Origin: Desulfobulbus propionicus DSM 2032
Lineage (GTDB): Bacteria; Desulfobacterota; Desulfobulbia; Desulfobulbales; Desulfobulbaceae
Length of the DNA stretch: 32,000 nucleotides
Reading direction: 5' to 3'
Assembly (NCBI RefSeq): GCF_000186885.1
Contig: NC_014972.1
Coordinates: forward strand, 390,001-422,000
Shown here piece by piece: positions 9,469 through 18,354 of this stretch (positions within the stretch are counted from its first letter, which is position 1; the number at the start of each line of letters is the position of its first letter). The notes under the pieces are model-generated. The model searched no databases, was not told the origin of the DNA, and worked only from the letters and a program-made list of their open reading frames with translations. Both the position numbers and the translations under genes were made by a program.

Positions 9469-9505
9469 GAATTGTCCGGTTCACTTCCCCCTGGCCGGAC
9501 AATTC
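9469..9505 (+). other. stem-loop 1 in the lctP 3' region
   Basis: GAATTGTCCGG (9469-9479) pairs with CCGGACAATTC (9495-9505): 11-bp perfect stem, 15-nt loop. Confidence 0.45.
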
Positions 9506-9534
9506 GCCCCCACTGACGAAGAGGACGCACGTCC

Positions 9535-9566
9535 CTCCGGGTGGCCTTTCATCGGGCCACCCGGAG
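9535..9566 (+). other. stem-loop 2 in the lctP 3' region
   Basis: CTCCGGGTGGCC (9535-9546), loop TTTCATCG, GGCCACCCGGAG (9555-9566): 12-bp perfect stem. Confidence 0.45.
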
Positions 9567-9578
9567 ACCTTCTCGATC

Positions 9579-9612
9579 AAAGGGGGGATGCCAAGGCATC
9601 TCCCCTTTCTGT
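9579..9612 (+). terminator. probable rho-independent terminator of lctP
   Basis: AAAGGGGGGATGCC, loop AA, GGCATCTCCCCTTT (one G:T pair), followed by the T-rich tail TTTCTGTTGT. Confidence 0.6.
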
Positions 9613-9773
9613 TGTGAGGGCCGAGCCATTCGAGAACCTTGTCCGTTTCATCCGTTTCAGCTGTTCGCTCCCGCGCCCGTCGTGTCGATGCAGATGACAA
9701 TTCCTTGCATTTCACCAGGTGGTGGAGTAGAAAAGGCCCGATTCCCTGAGTGATGTTAACCGTGTGGACGACT

Positions 9774-10493
9774 ATGCGATTCAAACCGATCAAGCCAAAG
9801 AAGGTTTCCACCCAGATAGCAGACCAGATTCGCGACTCGATTCTTGCCGGTGATTTCGCTCCCGGCGACAAGCTGCCGCCAGAACGGGAGTTGGCCGAGA
9901 TGTTCGGCGTTTCCCGCCCTTCGGTGCGCGAGGCGCTCAATATCCTCGCCGCGGCCGGATTGGTGATGTCCTATCAGGGGGGCGGCACCGTGGTGTTATC
10001 TCTGGTCGACGCCGGGCAGGGCGGCTCGCTGAGCGAGTTGATCCGCAGCCAGCAGGAACGCGCCCTGGAGGTGATCGAAGTGCGCAAGTGCATGGAATCC
10101 TGGACTGCCTACTATGCGGCCCAGCGAGCACTGCCTGACGATCTGCGCCGCATGGAGGAGATTTTGGCCGGCATGGAAAAGAATCTGACCGATCAGCTGC
10201 CGTCCGAGGATCTGGATGCCAATCTGCATATCGTCATCGCCCGCGCCACCCACAACATTGTCTGGTTGCACCTGATGCAGTCCATTTTCGACGCCATGAA
10301 GGAGTTTCAGCGCGGCGTGTGGCGGGCGGTGTATCTGACCCTGGAAGACCACAAACTGCTCTATCAACACCATTCCGCCCTGGTGGCGGCCATTCGTTCC
10401 CGGGATGCGGACCGGGCGCGTGAGATGATGATGCATCACCTCACCTTCGCGGAAAAACGCAGCGCCGCCTACGTCTCCAGCCAACCCAACTGA
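9774..10493 (+). CDS. GntR-family transcriptional regulator, FadR subfamily (FCD C-terminal domain); likely lactate/pyruvate-responsive
   Basis: The N-terminal winged helix …GDKLPPERELAEMFGVSRPSVREALNILAAAGLV… is the GntR signature. The C-terminal all-helical FCD-like region contains …HLHIVIARATHN…HHSALVAAIRSRDADRAREMMMHH. ATG 9774 was chosen (MRFKPIKPKKVSTQIADQI…); the alternative start at 9750 cannot be excluded. Confidence 0.85.
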   Translation: MRFKPIKPKKVSTQIADQIRDSILAGDFAPGDKLPPERELAEMFGVSRPSVREALNILAAAGLVMSYQGGGTVVLSLVDAGQGGSLSELIRSQQERALEVIEVRKCMESWTAYYAAQRALPDDLRRMEEILAGMEKNLTDQLPSEDLDANLHIVIARATHNIVWLHLMQSIFDAMKEFQRGVWRAVYLTLEDHKLLYQHHSALVAAIRSRDADRAREMMMHHLTFAEKRSAAYVSSQPN

Positions 10494-10499
10494 CCTGCC

Positions 10500-10525
10500 C
10501 CCCTGTCCGCCTCTTTCGACAGGGG
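10500..10525 (+). terminator. hairpin after the regulator gene
   Basis: CCCCTGTC (10500-10507) pairs with GACAGGGG (10518-10525): 8-bp stem, followed by TGGATTCCTTTTCTC. Confidence 0.3.
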
Positions 10526-10653
10526 TGGATTCCTTTTCTCGATCCCCTCCCGTTTCCCTCGCCGCCCTTCGTTTTGCGGTGATTTTTTGTTCTGCTTCCC
10601 GAGAGTTGTCCGCAAATACGGCGGGTTCTGGCGACGGCCGCGCGTGATTTTAT

Positions 10654-10692
10654 TTGACAGATCATTTTTCAAGTGATAATTGGTAAGACAAC
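10654..10692 (+). promoter_or_regulatory. candidate promoter of the glcD-like/glpC-like pair with an operator-like half-site
   Basis: TTGACA at 10654-10659 and ATAATT at 10676-10681 (16-nt spacer). AATTGGTAAGACAAC at 10678-10692 has a perfect left half AATTGGT and a degenerate right half. It is preceded by TCATTTTTCAAGTG, which is also found at 7256-7271 and, with small variation, at 7358-7371. Confidence 0.5.
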
Positions 10693-10785
10693 AATACCGC
10701 CGTCGAATAAGCAGGCAGGTACGGGAAGTTGCGGCGGAGAGAGTGAATCCGGCATGTGCGTTCAGCGCAAAGGAGAACAGTCGAT

Positions 10786-12180
10786 ATGCTTGACAAGACC
10801 GTTATTGAACAACTCGAGGCCCTGGTAGGAAAAGAAAATGTACTGACCGGCAAGGTCGATCTGGTGGCGTACAGCTATGATGCCACCGCCGATGTGCCGC
10901 GGCAGGTGCCGGATGTGGTCGTGTTGCCAACCAGTGCCGAAATGGTCCAGGACATCGTCCGCCTGGCCCGGCGTCACAAGATCGCCATCTATCCGCGTGG
11001 CGCCGGCACCAATCTCAGCGGCGGCACCGTGCCCCTGAAGAAGGGGATTGTCCTCTCCTTCCAGAAAATGAACAAGATCCTGGAGATCGATGCCGCCAAC
11101 CTCACCGCCGTGGTCCAGCCCGGGGTGGTGATCAATGCCCTCAACACCGCTGTCGCGTCCCATGGGCTGATCTATCCGCCCGATCCGGGCACGGTGGCCA
11201 CCGCCACCATGGGCGGCTCGGCGGCGGAAAACTCCGGCGGCCTGCGCGGCCTCAAGTACGGCGTGACCAAAAATTACATCATGGGTATGGAAGTGGTGCT
11301 GGCCAGCGGCGACAAGGTCCGCTTCGGCGGCAAAACCGTGAAGAACGTCACTGCCTATGATTTTTCCAACCTCTTTGTCGGTTCGGAAGGGACGCTCGGC
11401 ATCATCACCGAACTGACCGCCAAACTGATCCCCGCCCCGAAATTTCGCCGCACCATGACCGGTGAGTTCAAAACCCTGGCCGATGCGGGCAATGCCGTGG
11501 CCGGGATCATCGCCGCCCAGGTCATTCCCGCCACGCTTGAAATCATGGATCGGATGACCATTCAAACCGTCGAGGATTTCGCCCATATCGGCCTGCCGGT
11601 GGATGCCGAGGCCCTGTTGCTCATCGAGGTGGACGGCATGTCCGAGGATGTGGTCAACGCCGAAGCCGAGGCGGTGATGCGGGTGGTGACCGAGAATAAC
11701 GGCAATCTCAGAACGGCGAATACCGATCAGGAGCGCGACCAGCTGTGGACCGCGCGCCGCAACGCCTTGCCGGCCCTGGCTTCGCTCAACAACACCGTCA
11801 TCCTTGAGGATGCCACCGTGCCGCGTTCGCGCATCACCGACATGCTCATCGCCTGTCAGGACATCGGCAAGAAATATGCATTGACGCTCGGCACCTTTGG
11901 GCATGCCGGCGACGGCAATCTCCATCCCACCATCCTCTGCGACAAGAACAACCAGGACGAAATGAGCCGGATGCACAAGGCGGTCGACGAGATTTTCGAG
12001 GCAGCCCTGCATTTTGGCGGCACCTTGTCCGGCGAACATGGTATCGGCATGGCAAAAATGAAGTATCTCGGCGATGAGCTCGGTCAGAGCGGCCTGGACC
12101 TGATGCGCAGCATCAAGGAGTCGCTGGACCCCGAGTACGTGCTCAATCCGGGCAAGATGGTTCCTGTGCGGGAGAACTGA
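10786..12180 (+). CDS. glcD: FAD-binding oxidoreductase, GlcD-like (probable D-lactate dehydrogenase catalytic subunit)
   Basis: ORF trimmed to ATG 10786 (AGGAGA at 10771-10776). PCMH-type FAD-binding region …IYPRGAGTNLSGG…. The C-terminal …GGTLSGEHGIGMAKMKYL… is typical of the GlcD/Dld family. 464 aa. Confidence 0.9.
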   Translation: MLDKTVIEQLEALVGKENVLTGKVDLVAYSYDATADVPRQVPDVVVLPTSAEMVQDIVRLARRHKIAIYPRGAGTNLSGGTVPLKKGIVLSFQKMNKILEIDAANLTAVVQPGVVINALNTAVASHGLIYPPDPGTVATATMGGSAAENSGGLRGLKYGVTKNYIMGMEVVLASGDKVRFGGKTVKNVTAYDFSNLFVGSEGTLGIITELTAKLIPAPKFRRTMTGEFKTLADAGNAVAGIIAAQVIPATLEIMDRMTIQTVEDFAHIGLPVDAEALLLIEVDGMSEDVVNAEAEAVMRVVTENNGNLRTANTDQERDQLWTARRNALPALASLNNTVILEDATVPRSRITDMLIACQDIGKKYALTLGTFGHAGDGNLHPTILCDKNNQDEMSRMHKAVDEIFEAALHFGGTLSGEHGIGMAKMKYLGDELGQSGLDLMRSIKESLDPEYVLNPGKMVPVREN

Positions 12181-12183
12181 ATC

Positions 12184-13539
12184 ATGGCGGTCACAGAAGA
12201 CAAGGCCCGGGTGGTACGGGCTGGAAAAACCTACCACGACGATCTGGCCATCGTCCGCGAGGAACTCGACAAATGCATGAAGTGCGGCAACTGCATGGCC
12301 GTGTGTCCGGTGTACGGGGCGGATAAGCTGGAAACCTCCGTCACCCGCTCCAAGATCGCGGTGGCCGAGGCCGTGCTCGACGGTCAGCTGGAACTCGACG
12401 ATCCCCAGGTCTATGAGATGCTGTTTAACTGTTTGGTGTGCAAATCCTGCATGACCAACTGCCCGACCAAGGTCAATTTCGGCCGGATCATCCTGGCCCT
12501 GCGGGCTGCCTTGGTGCGCAAGAACGGCCTACCCTGGCTGAAGAAGGCAATTTTTTCCACCCTCAAGCATCCCTCGCTGTTTGATACCAGCATGCGGATC
12601 GGGGCGGCCCTCCAAGGATTGGCCTTCAAGACCGACCAAGGCGGCAAGGCTATCTCGCCCCGCGCCCCCTTTGCCAAGGTGGGGGGGCCGATTGGCCTCG
12701 ACAGCGAGCGACAGATGCCGGCCCTGAACGTCACTCCGTTGCGGGACCGGGTGGACGACGTGGTCAAGGTGGCGGGCAGCACGATGAAGGTGGCTTTCTT
12801 TACCGGCGATTCCTTGAACTATTTCTACCCCGAGGCCGGCCAGGATCTGATCGAGGTCCTGAGTGCCAACCAGATCGAGGTCCATATCCCCAAAGGGCAG
12901 AACTGCTGCGGCGTGCCGGTGCTGGTTCATGGCGACATCGACACCGTGCGCAAGCTGGCCCGCGCCAATATCGATGCCTTCGAGGCGACGGGTTGTGAAT
13001 ACCTGATTACCGGCTGCGGCTCCTGCGGTAGCGCCTGGCAGCATGACTACACCGAGATTCTGGCCGCCGACCCGGTTTACGGTCCCAAGGCCGAATACTG
13101 GGCCAAGCGGACGTACGACATCTCCACGTTCCTCACCCGGGTGATCACCTTGCGCGAACCCAAGGGACGGGTGGAACGGGTGGTCACCTACCACGATTCC
13201 TGCCATTTGAAAAAGGCAATGAAGGTTTCTGCCGAACCACGCGAGATCCTCAACGTCATCCCCGGTCTCACCTTCAAGGAAATGTCGGCGCCGGACGCCT
13301 GTTGCGGCAGCGGTGGCTCCTTTGTCCTCTCCCACTACGAGACGGCGAGCACCATCGGCCGTAAAAAAGCCGACGACATCAACCGCACCGGCGCCGATAC
13401 CGTATCCACGGGGTGTCCGGCCTGCATGATGCAACTGCTGGATAATGTCCATCGCAGCGGCGGCCAGCAAAAGATCATCCACTACATCTCCTTGCTGGCT
13501 GAGTCGTATCGGAAGGAGAAAGAGGGGGCCCGTTCCTGA
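12184..13539 (+). CDS. Fe-S oxidoreductase, GlpC/GlcF-like (2x[4Fe-4S] + two CCG domains), partner of the GlcD-like subunit
   Basis: Ferredoxin motifs CMKCGNCMAVCP and CLVCKSCMTNCP. CCG modules …QNCCGVP… and …DACCGSGGSF…. Starts 3 nt after the glcD-like stop. Confidence 0.88.
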   Translation: MAVTEDKARVVRAGKTYHDDLAIVREELDKCMKCGNCMAVCPVYGADKLETSVTRSKIAVAEAVLDGQLELDDPQVYEMLFNCLVCKSCMTNCPTKVNFGRIILALRAALVRKNGLPWLKKAIFSTLKHPSLFDTSMRIGAALQGLAFKTDQGGKAISPRAPFAKVGGPIGLDSERQMPALNVTPLRDRVDDVVKVAGSTMKVAFFTGDSLNYFYPEAGQDLIEVLSANQIEVHIPKGQNCCGVPVLVHGDIDTVRKLARANIDAFEATGCEYLITGCGSCGSAWQHDYTEILAADPVYGPKAEYWAKRTYDISTFLTRVITLREPKGRVERVVTYHDSCHLKKAMKVSAEPREILNVIPGLTFKEMSAPDACCGSGGSFVLSHYETASTIGRKKADDINRTGADTVSTGCPACMMQLLDNVHRSGGQQKIIHYISLLAESYRKEKEGARS

Positions 13540-13565
13540 GCGGGAGCGTTCTCCGGAGACACAAG

Positions 13566-13604
13566 AAAAAAGGGGAAAGGATGTTACATCCTTTCCCCTT
13601 TTTT
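13566..13604. terminator. bidirectional rho-independent terminator
   Basis: AAAAAA, GGGGAAAGGATG (13572-13583), loop TTA, CATCCTTTCCCC (13587-13598), TTTTTT. 12-bp perfect stem flanked by an A-tract and a T-tract, between convergent genes. Confidence 0.85.
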
Positions 13605-13802
13605 CATCTCTTGTGCTGGCCAGTCCTTTGTTTTTCTTTCCTCGTCAACAGGACGATGGGGTCTTCCCTACCGACCGAGCACGGTGAAGAGGACCCTCTC
13701 CTCATGGCCTGTTTTGTTTTCTTTTGACCAAAACGGGTGGTGCTGCCCCGTACTCTATCATGTTGCGCTGTCTGCCCGGTGCCGGTTCAAAGTGCAACGG
13801 TA

Positions 13803-15359
13803 TTACTGTCCGGTCGGGAAAATGGCCAGATAGCCGACCTGTTCTCCCGGATGTTTCATTTCCCGATCTTTTGACCGTTCCTCCTGGATTTTTATCTGAA
13901 ATCCTTCGGTGGTTATTTTCTTTACACGCAAGGTGGATGGCTCCGCATTGGCCAGGGTTTGCAGGCTAGCCAGGACCAGGGGCGGTTGTCTGAAGGCGCT
14001 CTGAAAGCGGGCCTTGGACCAAGAACTGGAAACCAGCTTGCCGGTGGACGATGCCTCGAATCGGACCATTCCGGTTGCACCTATGCCCGGTTGCCAGGCC
14101 ACGTAATGCACGGTTTCGTTGCGATGATCAGCGCGAAGGTTGCTCTCTTGTTCCTGGAAAAAGTAGGTGAATCCGGAACGGTTGATGTTGTGAACCCGGC
14201 CGGCGATGGATTCGGCCTCATTGGTTGAGGTGACGGTGGTCAAGACCACGGGAACGGCTTGAAAGGTTTTACTAAAGGAGATCGGTCGCGCAGTGGCTGA
14301 ACCGGTGAAACTTCCGGCCTCGACCACGGAACCGTTGTTCAAGGTGATCCTTCCCTTTTCCATGACTAGATAGCTGATGGTTTCTTCCGGGTGTTTGTCG
14401 TCCTGATAGGTCCATTCTGCAATCCGGACATCAAAACCGGTGGCGGTGACATTGCGAGTACGGACGCCGCAGGGCGCACTGTTGGAGAAATTTGGTGGTC
14501 CAACCACCAGGATGGGATTGCTGTAGCGCGAGGCAAAAGGAACGTGGACCCAATTGCTGGTAATTCCGATCTCGCCCGCTTCAAGGGCCAACCTGGCGGC
14601 TCCAGTCCCGGCCGTGTTCCGGTTGTTGGCGGTTGTGGTCGAGGAGGAGGTAGCAGTCGTTGCCTCACTCGGTGTGGTTGCGGAGACAGTGCGGGAGGGC
14701 ACCGATGTAGAGCTATTGTTCGAGGTGGCCTGGCGAGCGCTGACCGGCGTGGTAACCACGATGGGGGTGCTGGCCTTGCTTGTTCCGCCCTGACTGTCTT
14801 CGATGGTTAGGGTGGTGGTATAGGTACCCGCCTCGGTGAAGGTGTGGGAGGTTCTGGCGCCGGTGGCCTTGAAACCGTCGCCAAAATTCCAAGAGTAGGA
14901 GATGATCGAGCTCCGATTGGCAGCCGTCGAGCCGGACCCGTCAAAGGAGATGGTCAACGGGTTTGTCCCTGCCGCGGTACTTGAGGAGAGGACAGCTGTG
15001 GATACCCTGCTGGTGGAGGCGCCCGTTGTCCCGGAACTGCCTGCTTTGGAGCTGGTAAAGGCGAACGGCGCGGAATGCGGACTTTCGGTTCCATCCGTGA
15101 AGGCGGCGGTCAGGGTGAAATGGGTGATGTCGGTCGTTAGAGTAACCGCGCAATCCATGGCCGTTGCCTTGGGGTTTTTGACTTGACAGACAAAACTTCC
15201 TTCCTGATACAGCTTGAAACCGCTGACCGCCGGGGTGCTCGGAGGCGTATATCCCCATTCGACATGGATGGATTGGGTCGCGGCCGCAGCGGGAATACAG
15301 GCCAGGCCATGCAGGGCCAGAAGGAAAAGTGCATAGAGAAGACGAGACATAGAAGGCAT
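13803..15359 (-). CDS. secreted multidomain surface protein: FN3-like domain, PKD domain, Ser/Thr-rich linker, three tandem beta-sandwich (H-type-lectin-like, tentative) repeats
   Basis: ORF 13803..15464 trimmed to ATG 15359 (or 15350). Signal peptide MSRLLYALFLLALHGLACIPAAAA. PKD signature …ISFDGSGS…YSWNFGDG…HTFTEAGTYTTTLTIEDSQGG…. Three ~95-aa repeats share F..P.V…N…RV.N(I/V)T..GF…(I/F).E…H..E.V.Y. No SD is evident. Confidence 0.75.
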   Translation of the reverse strand: MPSMSRLLYALFLLALHGLACIPAAAATQSIHVEWGYTPPSTPAVSGFKLYQEGSFVCQVKNPKATAMDCAVTLTTDITHFTLTAAFTDGTESPHSAPFAFTSSKAGSSGTTGASTSRVSTAVLSSSTAAGTNPLTISFDGSGSTAANRSSIISYSWNFGDGFKATGARTSHTFTEAGTYTTTLTIEDSQGGTSKASTPIVVTTPVSARQATSNNSSTSVPSRTVSATTPSEATTATSSSTTTANNRNTAGTGAARLALEAGEIGITSNWVHVPFASRYSNPILVVGPPNFSNSAPCGVRTRNVTATGFDVRIAEWTYQDDKHPEETISYLVMEKGRITLNNGSVVEAGSFTGSATARPISFSKTFQAVPVVLTTVTSTNEAESIAGRVHNINRSGFTYFFQEQESNLRADHRNETVHYVAWQPGIGATGMVRFEASSTGKLVSSSWSKARFQSAFRQPPLVLASLQTLANAEPSTLRVKKITTEGFQIKIQEERSKDREMKHPGEQVGYLAIFPTGQ

Positions 15360-15394
15360 CGGGTAAAGTATTGATGGGGGAAGGAGAAACAGAT

Positions 15395-15913
15395 TCACCA
15401 TTGTTCCCCATGTACAAGGTTTGGATTGTAGCGGGTGCGGGCCGGACTGTCCTGGGCCGGCCAACCGAGGGCGATGGCGGACACCGGAATGATGGTTTCG
15501 GGGAGAGAGAACGTCCGCGAGACGGCCGCAATCCGCTCCTCGCGGGGATGGATGCCCAGCCAGCAGGCGCCCAAGCCCAGGGCATTGGCCGCCAGGAGAA
15601 TGTTTTCGATCGCGGCGCTTACATCCTGCAATAAAAAAGAGAGCTCCCGGTCATGGGCCCGGTCGATGTCGCCACACACCACCAGGGCGGCGGCGGCCCC
15701 GCCGAGCATCTTGCCATTGGGGAGACAGGCGGCCAGCTGGTCCAAGGAACCACGGGTGCGCAGGACGAGAAAATGCCAGGGATCCTTGGCCACCGCGGAA
15801 GGCGCGGCCATGGCCGCTTCCAGCAGGTCGGTGATCATGCTGTCCGGTACTTCCTTTTGGGTGAAGGTGCGAATGCTGCGTCGCGAAAAGATGAAATGCA
15901 GTTTGGGGTTCAT
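15395..15913 (-). CDS. nitroreductase-family protein
   Basis: ORF trimmed to ATG 15913 (GGGAGG upstream). MNPKLHFIFSRRSIRTFTQKEVP…AAMAAPSA…ALGLGACWLG… matches the nitroreductase fold pattern. 172 aa. Confidence 0.85.
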   Translation of the reverse strand: MNPKLHFIFSRRSIRTFTQKEVPDSMITDLLEAAMAAPSAVAKDPWHFLVLRTRGSLDQLAACLPNGKMLGGAAAALVVCGDIDRAHDRELSFLLQDVSAAIENILLAANALGLGACWLGIHPREERIAAVSRTFSLPETIIPVSAIALGWPAQDSPARTRYNPNLVHGEQW

Positions 15914-15962
15914 GGGGCCTCCCGAAGTACGTTCAAGGTGTTGGTGCGTGGGGGCGGCGGAG

Positions 15963-16634
15963 TCAGACCGTGGTCCGACGCTGGTCGCCTTGATACTGGC
16001 GGCATTCCTCCAGGTAGCAGCCGATGATCTCCACCACGGCCTCGGGGGTGTCGACCAGGTGAAACAGATCCAGATCCTCCGGGGCAATGGATCTGTGGGG
16101 GAGCATCTCCGCCCGGATCCAGTCGAGCAACCCCTGCCAGTAGCTGGTGCCAAAGAGGACGATGGGAAACCGGCGAATCTTTTTGGTCTGGATCAGGGTC
16201 AAGGACTCGAAAAATTCATCCATCGTACCGAAACCGCCGGGGAAAATGACATAGGCCATGGCGTAGCGAACAAACATCAGCTTGCGGATGAAAAAATAGC
16301 GAAAGGTGAGGCTGCGGTTCTGAAAGTGGTTGGGGTGCTGCTCCCGGGGCAGAATGATGTTCAGCCCGACCGAGGTGCCGCCTGCCTCGAAGCAGCCACG
16401 GCTGGCCGCCTCCATGATCCCGGGGCCGCCGCCGGTGATCACCGCCAGATTCTGCTGGACCAGCAGCCCCGCCGTTTCTCGGGCGGCGATATAATAGGGG
16501 GAATTCTCACCAAAACGGGCGCCGCCGAAAACCGACACAGCGGGCCCGAGATCGTTGAGGGTTTCGATACCATCGATCAGTTCGGCCTGGATGCGGAAAA
16601 TCCGCCAGGCTTCCGAGGTTTTCAGGTCATCCAT
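15963..16634 (-). CDS. LOG-family protein (TIGR00730-type; cytokinin riboside 5'-monophosphate phosphoribohydrolase-like)
   Basis: Motifs VFGGARFG, ITGGGPGIMEA and the hallmark PGGFGTMDEF (PGGxGTxxE). 223 aa. Confidence 0.88.
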   Translation of the reverse strand: MDDLKTSEAWRIFRIQAELIDGIETLNDLGPAVSVFGGARFGENSPYYIAARETAGLLVQQNLAVITGGGPGIMEAASRGCFEAGGTSVGLNIILPREQHPNHFQNRSLTFRYFFIRKLMFVRYAMAYVIFPGGFGTMDEFFESLTLIQTKKIRRFPIVLFGTSYWQGLLDWIRAEMLPHRSIAPEDLDLFHLVDTPEAVVEIIGCYLEECRQYQGDQRRTTV

Positions 16635-16639
16635 GAAAA

Positions 16640-16681
16640 AACGAAGAAGACGGCCGATGGGAAGGTGATCCTTCCCATCGG
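16640..16681 (-). terminator. probable terminator of the fumarate hydratase gene, abutting the LOG start codon
   Basis: The minus strand reads CCGATGGGAAGG, loop ATCA, CCTTCCCATCGG (12-bp perfect stem at 16681-16654). It is followed by CCGTCTTCTTCGTTTTTTC and then directly by the LOG ATG (16634). Confidence 0.6.
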
Positions 16682-16734
16682 TCAGGAGTTGTCAACCGAG
16701 CCGTCGACCGCGGACGGCCGGCGGCAGAGAGGAA

Positions 16735-18354
16735 TTACAGCAGGCCCTTGAAAAAGTCGTTGCCCTTGTCGTCGACCAGGATGAAGGCCGGGAAGTCAAC
16801 CACTTCGATCTTCCATACCGCTTCCATGCCCAGTTCCGGATAGTCGATGCACTCGACCTTCTTGATGTTCTCCTCGGCCAGCAGGGCGGCAGGGCCGCCG
16901 ATGGAGCCGAGGTAGAAGCCGCCATGCTTCTTGCAAGCATCGGTCACCTGCTGCGAGCGGTTGCCCTTGGCGATCATCACCATGGAGCCGCCGTTGGCCT
17001 GGAACAGATCGACATAGCTGTCCATGCGGCCGGCCGTGGTCGGGCCGAAGGAACCGGACGGTTTGCCGGGCGGGGTCTTGGCAGGGCCGGCATAGTAGAC
17101 CGGATGATTCTTGAGATAATCGGGCAACGGCTTACCGGCGTCGAGCAACTCTTTCCACTTGGCGTGGGCGATGTCGCGGCCGACGATGATGGTCCCGGTG
17201 AGCGAAAGAACCGTGGAGACCGGGTGCTTGGTCAGCTCGGCGAGCACGTTCTTGATCGGCTGGTTGAGATCGATCTTCACCTGATGGCCGCCTTTGCGGT
17301 CACGGTACTCGGCCGGAATCAGGCGGCCGGGGTTGTCGTCCATCTGCTCGATCCAGAGGCCATCCTTGTTGATCTTGGCCTTGATGTTGCGGTCGGCGGA
17401 GCAGGAAACGCCCATGCCCACCGGGCAGGAGGCGCCGTGGCGGCTCATGCGGATGACGCGGATGTCGTGGGCAAAATACTTGCCGCCAAACTGGGCGCCA
17501 AGACCGAGTTTCTGGGCTTCGACCAGCAATTCTTGCTCCAGTTCCACATCACGGAAGGAGCGGCCGAGTTCATTGCCGCTGGTGGGCAGATTGTCCAGGT
17601 ATTTGGCCGAGGCCAGTTTCACGGTTTTCAGGCAGGTTTCAGCACTGGTGCCACCGATGACAAAGGCGATGTGGTACGGCGGGCAGGCGGCGGTACCGAG
17701 CGTCTTCATCTTCTCCACCAGGAATTTCTTCAGGGTGCCTGGGTTGAGCAGGGCCTTGGTCTCCTGATAGAGATAGGTCTTGTTGGCGCTGCCGCCGCCT
17801 TTCGCCAGGAAGAGGAACTTGTATTCCGCACCTTGCGTGGCATAGATGTCGATCTGGGCCGGCAGGTTGGTCTTGGTGTTGACCTCTTCGTACATGGTCA
17901 GCGGCGCATTCTGGGAATAGCGGAGATTCTCCTCGGTGTAGGTGGTGTAGACGCCGGCCGAAATCATCTCGGCATCGTCGCATCCGGTCCACACGTTCTG
18001 CCCCTTCTTGGCGACAACACAGGCGGTGCCGGTATCTTGGCAGACCGGCAGCACATAGCTGGCGGCTACCTCGGCGTTGCGCAACATGGCGTAGGCGACT
18101 TCCTTGTCGTTGCGCGAGGACTCGGGATCAGCGAAAATCTTGGCCACCTGCTCGTTATGCGCCGGACGGAGGCGGAACGACACCTCGCGCATGGCTTGGT
18201 TGGCCAGCACCTTCAGTCCTTCCGGGTCGATCTTGAGGACTTCCTGACCGTTGAAGGTTTCGGTGGACACATACTTGCTGGACCCCTCCAACAAACGGAA
18301 TTGGGTCTCATCTTTACCGAGGGGGAAGGGATCCTGATACACAAAACCTGCCAT
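16735..18354 (-). CDS. fumA: class I (Fe-S, fused alpha/beta) fumarate hydratase
   Basis: ORF trimmed to ATG 18354 (AAGGAG 7 nt upstream). [20 protein letters not shown]…PVCQDTGTA…[11 protein letters not shown]…GPTTAGRMD… are typical FumA/FumB-type sequences. 539 aa. Confidence 0.92.
   Translation of the reverse strand: MAGFVYQDPFPLGKDETQFRLLEGSSKYVSTETFNGQEVLKIDPEGLKVLANQAMREVSFRLRPAHNEQVAKIFADPESSRNDKEVAYAMLRNAEVAASYVLPVCQDTGTACVVAKKGQNVWTGCDDAEMISAGVYTTYTEENLRYSQNAPLTMYEEVNTKTNLPAQIDIYATQGAEYKFLFLAKGGGSANKTYLYQETKALLNPGTLKKFLVEKMKTLGTAACPPYHIAFVIGGTSAETCLKTVKLASAKYLDNLPTSGNELGRSFRDVELEQELLVEAQKLGLGAQFGGKYFAHDIRVIRMSRHGASCPVGMGVSCSADRNIKAKINKDGLWIEQMDDNPGRLIPAEYRDRKGGHQVKIDLNQPIKNVLAELTKHPVSTVLSLTGTIIVGRDIAHAKWKELLDAGKPLPDYLKNHPVYYAGPAKTPPGKPSGSFGPTTAGRMDSYVDLFQANGGSMVMIAKGNRSQQVTDACKKHGGFYLGSIGGPAALLAEENIKKVECIDYPELGMEAVWKIEVVDFPAFILVDDKGNDFFKGLL

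Noticed and set aside
9395-9940. A 181-aa minus-strand ORF and 70-81-aa plus-strand ORFs in the lctP-regulator intergenic region.
   Set aside because: The region is filled with perfect hairpins and a terminator. The minus-strand ORF is largely antisense to the regulator's 5' end. There are no RBSs.
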